Assembly: GCA_965112155.1 (NCBI GenBank)
Contig: OZ218098.1
Strand: one strand, 5' to 3'
Source of the DNA: Podarcis liolepis
Lineage: Eukaryota
Length of the DNA stretch: 64,000 nucleotides
Shown: in pieces, positions 60,470-64,000 of the stretch
Position numbering within the stretch: position 1 is the stretch's first letter
How the letters are laid out: the number at the start of each line of letters is the position of its first letter
The notes under the pieces: generated by a model
Told to the model about the DNA's origin: nothing
The model's input: only the letters and a program-made list of their open reading frames with translations
The model's database searches: none
Position numbers and translations under genes: made by a program

Positions 60470-62167
60470 AGTTGCTCTAGCGAAAATCCCTGGTGATATC
60501 TTTCATTCTCTCTTTACACAGCAATACCTCTTCCCACCAAAAAAAATTGGCAAGCATTACTAGCCTTCCCTTCCATCACATTTTCCTGAGGATCATTGTT
60601 CACTTCCAACACTCCTTGTATATCTTTGTAAAATATTACTCCCTCTAGAGCAATTAGCTGGACTCTACCTCCTATATTATATTTTGCAATCATGAAACTT
60701 TTCCAGCAATGAAATCTCACAGAAAATATGAACAAAGAATGATTCATGTTTAAAACCAAGTAACTTTGAATAGGCTACCTATTTTACCTTAGCAAGCCTA
60801 CTATTTATATGACAGGCATCTGAACCTGTTTTTCTCCAAACTATTGAAGGTAGTGTGGAAGTCAAGAGTAAGAACAGTAGCAGCTGAGAATGAAAAAGCA
60901 TATGGTACATAGGCAGCATAAGAGCTAAATGAAAAAGTATGTTATCCTGAAAGTTAAGAGGCAGATCATTCATGTTTTTTTATTTGAGCAGTTAAAAAAT
61001 CAGGAATTGATAGGTGCACTCAAAATTCACTGGACCTGCAATTATGAGTCCTGGAAGAAAGCAGAAATAAGGCAGCACATAGAAGGTATCATATCATGTT
61101 ACTCTAGATTAATTAAGTAGCCTGGAATCAATATAACTCTTGTACTCATGATCACTAACACACATTAGAATCCCAATTCTTCCACATGTATGCATTAAAA
61201 GGATGGGAAATAATATGTTACCACACTTTATCTTCCCCTATTATGTAGAATAGTGCAGTCAAATTGTATAAATTAACTAATTTGCTGTGATGATGAGTAC
61301 ATGTCCTGACTACGTAAAACAGTAAAGGATTACCAAGTGTTTGAAAAGGACTTTACACCTGGATTAGAGCGTGTATTTATGAAGTCATGGGAAGGCATTT
61401 ATTTGCACAGAAATGCATTTAAAATGTCTCAAGTGCACTGTTAAACAAGCTGGGTTCCCAGCTCAAACAGAAACAGGAGTGTGTGTGAATAAAATATGCT
61501 TACATAGCATGTAGTCCAGTAGAAGCACATTCTTCTGTCCCAAGAAGCTTTCTTGGGATAGTCCGTGTCCATGGACGGAGTCTTCATGAGTGAAGGAGGA
61601 ATCAGCATACTCGCCCTGGCACCACTGAAAATCCCAAGCAGGAGGGAAAAAACAGCTTGGTGACTGTCTGCCAACAAAGCCAGTCATCCGCATCACCAGA
61701 AGCAGCAACAGCAGCAGCAACACTACCTCCATCACAGCAGGTCCCTCCCTCCAAGACACAACCTTCATTTATTCCACTGAAGCTGCTTCAAGCAAAGCAT
61801 GTGTGAATCAGGACTCCCCCCACCTCTTTCTACATTTTGATCTCACTCTAGAAGGAAGTGACCTCATTTCCTGCTCTCAGGAGAATTATGAATTATGGGA
61901 GGAAGGACTGAGAATGAGAGCACACAATGCTGTCACTCATGAGAGAAACACCAAGGGACAGAGAATGCTCTCAGATAGCAAGTGCAGCAGCAGAGAAGCA
62001 GCACCTCTTTCACTAGACAAATCAGAGCAACTGAGTGCACTGTAATGACTTTGGAACACTCTAAATCCCTCCTAAATATCAGAAATCCTCTTTCCCTACA
62101 ACAGATTACACCAGAGACAGAACTGTAGGAGCAAAAGGCTGAAAAAGAAAAAGAACAAGAACGAGGC

Positions 62168-62205
62168 CACAAGATTTCAGATAAAGTCACAAGATTTCAG
62201 ATAAA
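62168..62205 (+). repeat. 20-bp-period tandem duplication (cacaagatttcagataaa)
   Basis: Directly visible. Confidence 0.85.
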
Positions 62206-62689
62206 ACTAGGGAGATTTAGTTAAATCCACAATGCTACTAGATCTGGCATTCGCTGCAGAAGCACAATACATACAGAAGCTGAGCACAACAGGAAGATAC
62301 GGAAATTGGCTTACGCATATCCCATTAGATATAAGAGACACCATATGCAGCCCTTAGGTTAGCACACCAGCCCAAAGCTACTCATTCCTAAGGAAGGGAG
62401 ATACAGTGCCACACTGTGAGTTCAAAGCAGCCAACAATCCCAACAAACACAGTGCAGCTGCAACTCCTATTCCCAAGTTTTCATTTGGGTTTCCAGATGT
62501 CCTAGAATTAGTGCACTATTTCACGCAGCTCAATGTTGTGAGTGCTTTTCTCCATTAGAATGGTCTCAGGTTGAGTTCTCAGCATCTCAAATCAAAAGAG
62601 CTCAAGTTGAATGAAGATGTCTGCCTAACACCCTGGAGAAACCAATACCAGAAATGATGAACCGGTGGTCTGACTCAGTGGTGTAGTGG

Positions 62690-62968
62690 GAGGAGGAGGA
62701 GGAGGAGGAGAAGAAGAAGAAGAGGAGGAGGAGTTTGGATTTGATATCCCGCTTTATCACTCCCCTTCAGGAGTCTCAAAGCGGCTAACATTCTCCTTTT
62801 CCCTTCCTCCCCCACAACAAACACTCTGTGAGGTGAGTGAGGCTGAGAGACTTCAAAGAAATGTGACTGGCCCAAGGTCACCCAGCAGCTGCATGTGGAG
62901 GAGTGGAGACGCGAACCCAGTTCCCCAGATTACGAGACTACCGCTCTTAACCACCACACCCACACTGG
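62690..62968 (-). mobile_element. tRNA-derived SINE (Squam3/MIR-like) with (CCT/CTT)n tail
   Basis: Minus head gtggtggttaagagcggtag...ctgggttcgcgtctcc, core gggtgaccttgggccagtcac, and purine-triplet tail at 62690-62732. Confidence 0.82.
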
Positions 62969-63519
62969 GGCTGTGGCCCCAGGCACAGAATCTGAGTGGG
63001 GTGCAAAGCAAGAGCCTCCTCCCTCCCCCCCCCCGTATGTGCCTGGCGTGCAAGCCTCCTGGGCGAGCACAGAAGGTTTCTTTGCCTGCCAGCAGATGGA
63101 TGGGCCCCGTGCGCTGGACAGGGTGAAGAGGGTGAAGAGCACACTCCACGCCCCGCCAGGCACTCGAGCCCCCACCCGTCAGCTGGTGGGCAGGCACTCA
63201 CACACTTGATGGGGAAAGAGCATGGAGGGTGCTCTCCACCCTCTGTGCCCTCACCTGGCACAAAAGTGCCTGCTTGCCCGATGACGAGCTGGCCCTGGCC
63301 TGCTGGGCAGAAGCAGGGCCCAGAGGGCAAAGTGGACCGCCCTGCCCCCACCCGGCATGTGAGTGCCCACCCGTCAGTGGCAGGGGCTGGGGGAGCACAG
63401 AGGAAGTCCTCCACACTCGCCCCGTCCCCACCACTGAAGCACAGGCATTCAAGCGCCATGCGGTGACAGGGCACGGAACCCTCCGTGCCCTGCTCCCAGC
63501 CAGCCAGAAGAGGCAGCAG
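62969..63519. repeat. Unclassified GC-rich, CpG-retaining segment, probably an interspersed repeat
   Basis: Abrupt GC shift between a SINE and an RTE fragment. Recurring cccacccg(t/g)ca motifs. No recognisable protein. Confidence 0.4.
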
Positions 63520-63800
63520 TGATGGGGTAGCATGCCCACGGAATGGAAGATGGCAGGATCCTGAAGGGTGTGCTCTACGAGCAGCTGGTTTCAGGCGCCA
63601 GACCTGTTGGCAGACCAACTCTGCATTACAAATGTGATCTGAAGGCTGGCAACATTAACTCTGCATTGTGGAAATCACTTGCAGACAATCATAATGTCTG
63701 GACACACAGACAGGCAGGTTGTATATCCACCGCAGTAACCAGAGGAGGAATAACCGCTGGGATGAGCAGAGAGAAAAGAAACATCATGGTGCACCTGTAT
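63520..63800 (+). mobile_element. RTE-clade LINE C-terminal fragment
   Basis: ORF 63543..63812 MEDGRILKGVLYEQLVSGARPVGRPTLHYK matches the RTE motif RM.D.R.PK..LYG.L..G.R..GRP. Confidence 0.8.
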
Positions 63801-64000
63801 TTTCATTATTGATTAGCAATGACAAAAACAATAGCAAACATCCATTCCCAAACTATATGTTCTGTTTTAAAATTACCAAAAAATGTGAATATAAAACTCA
63901 TAAAATGACATGTCCACCTTGCAATTTCTCTGCCATGAGCAGCAGTTGAGTGAGAGATGTAGAGTGCACATATATATGTATGTGTGAAAGAGAACATGGT

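Noticed and set aside
61463-61768. Signal-peptide-bearing N-terminal extension of DAGLA
   Set aside because: In frame, but blocked by TAA at the junction and by an in-frame TGA in the exon 2 UTR.
62675-63618. Cluster of long overlapping ORFs suggesting a CpG-island first exon of DAGLA
   Set aside because: Explained by a SINE, a GC-rich repeat-like segment and an RTE fragment. High GC depletes stop codons, and I saw no convincing donor site.

Overview
Vertebrate genomic DNA. The repeat content (Sauria-type SINE, Squam3/MIR-like SINEs, CR1, L2, L1, RTE, Tc1/mariner and hAT MITEs) points to a squamate, probably a lacertid lizard (inference). The window holds the complete coding region of diacylglycerol lipase alpha (DAGLA) on the minus strand. 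I traced 19 coding exons by hand from ATG 53496 to TAG 26411. They total 3093 nt (1030 aa plus stop), splice in frame throughout, and retain the GHSLG nucleophile, catalytic Asp/His motifs and the Homer-binding PPRLF. Exons are numbered 2-20, assuming a non-coding exon 1 beyond the right edge. Positions 1-26 kb are the DAGLA 3' UTR and downstream intergenic DNA, where I recognised no other protein-coding exon. Almost all other ORFs in the track are spurious or retroelement remnants. The most interesting signals are splice-regulatory. Intron 15 combines a GC-AG donor, a YCAY-rich degenerate repeat and a 36-nt stop-containing candidate poison exon with consensus signals. There are two more poison-exon candidates and a recursive-splice-like NAGNAG/5'ss at the start-codon exon. 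Several retroelement junctions are also mechanistically informative. No prokaryotic-type system or CRISPR array is present.
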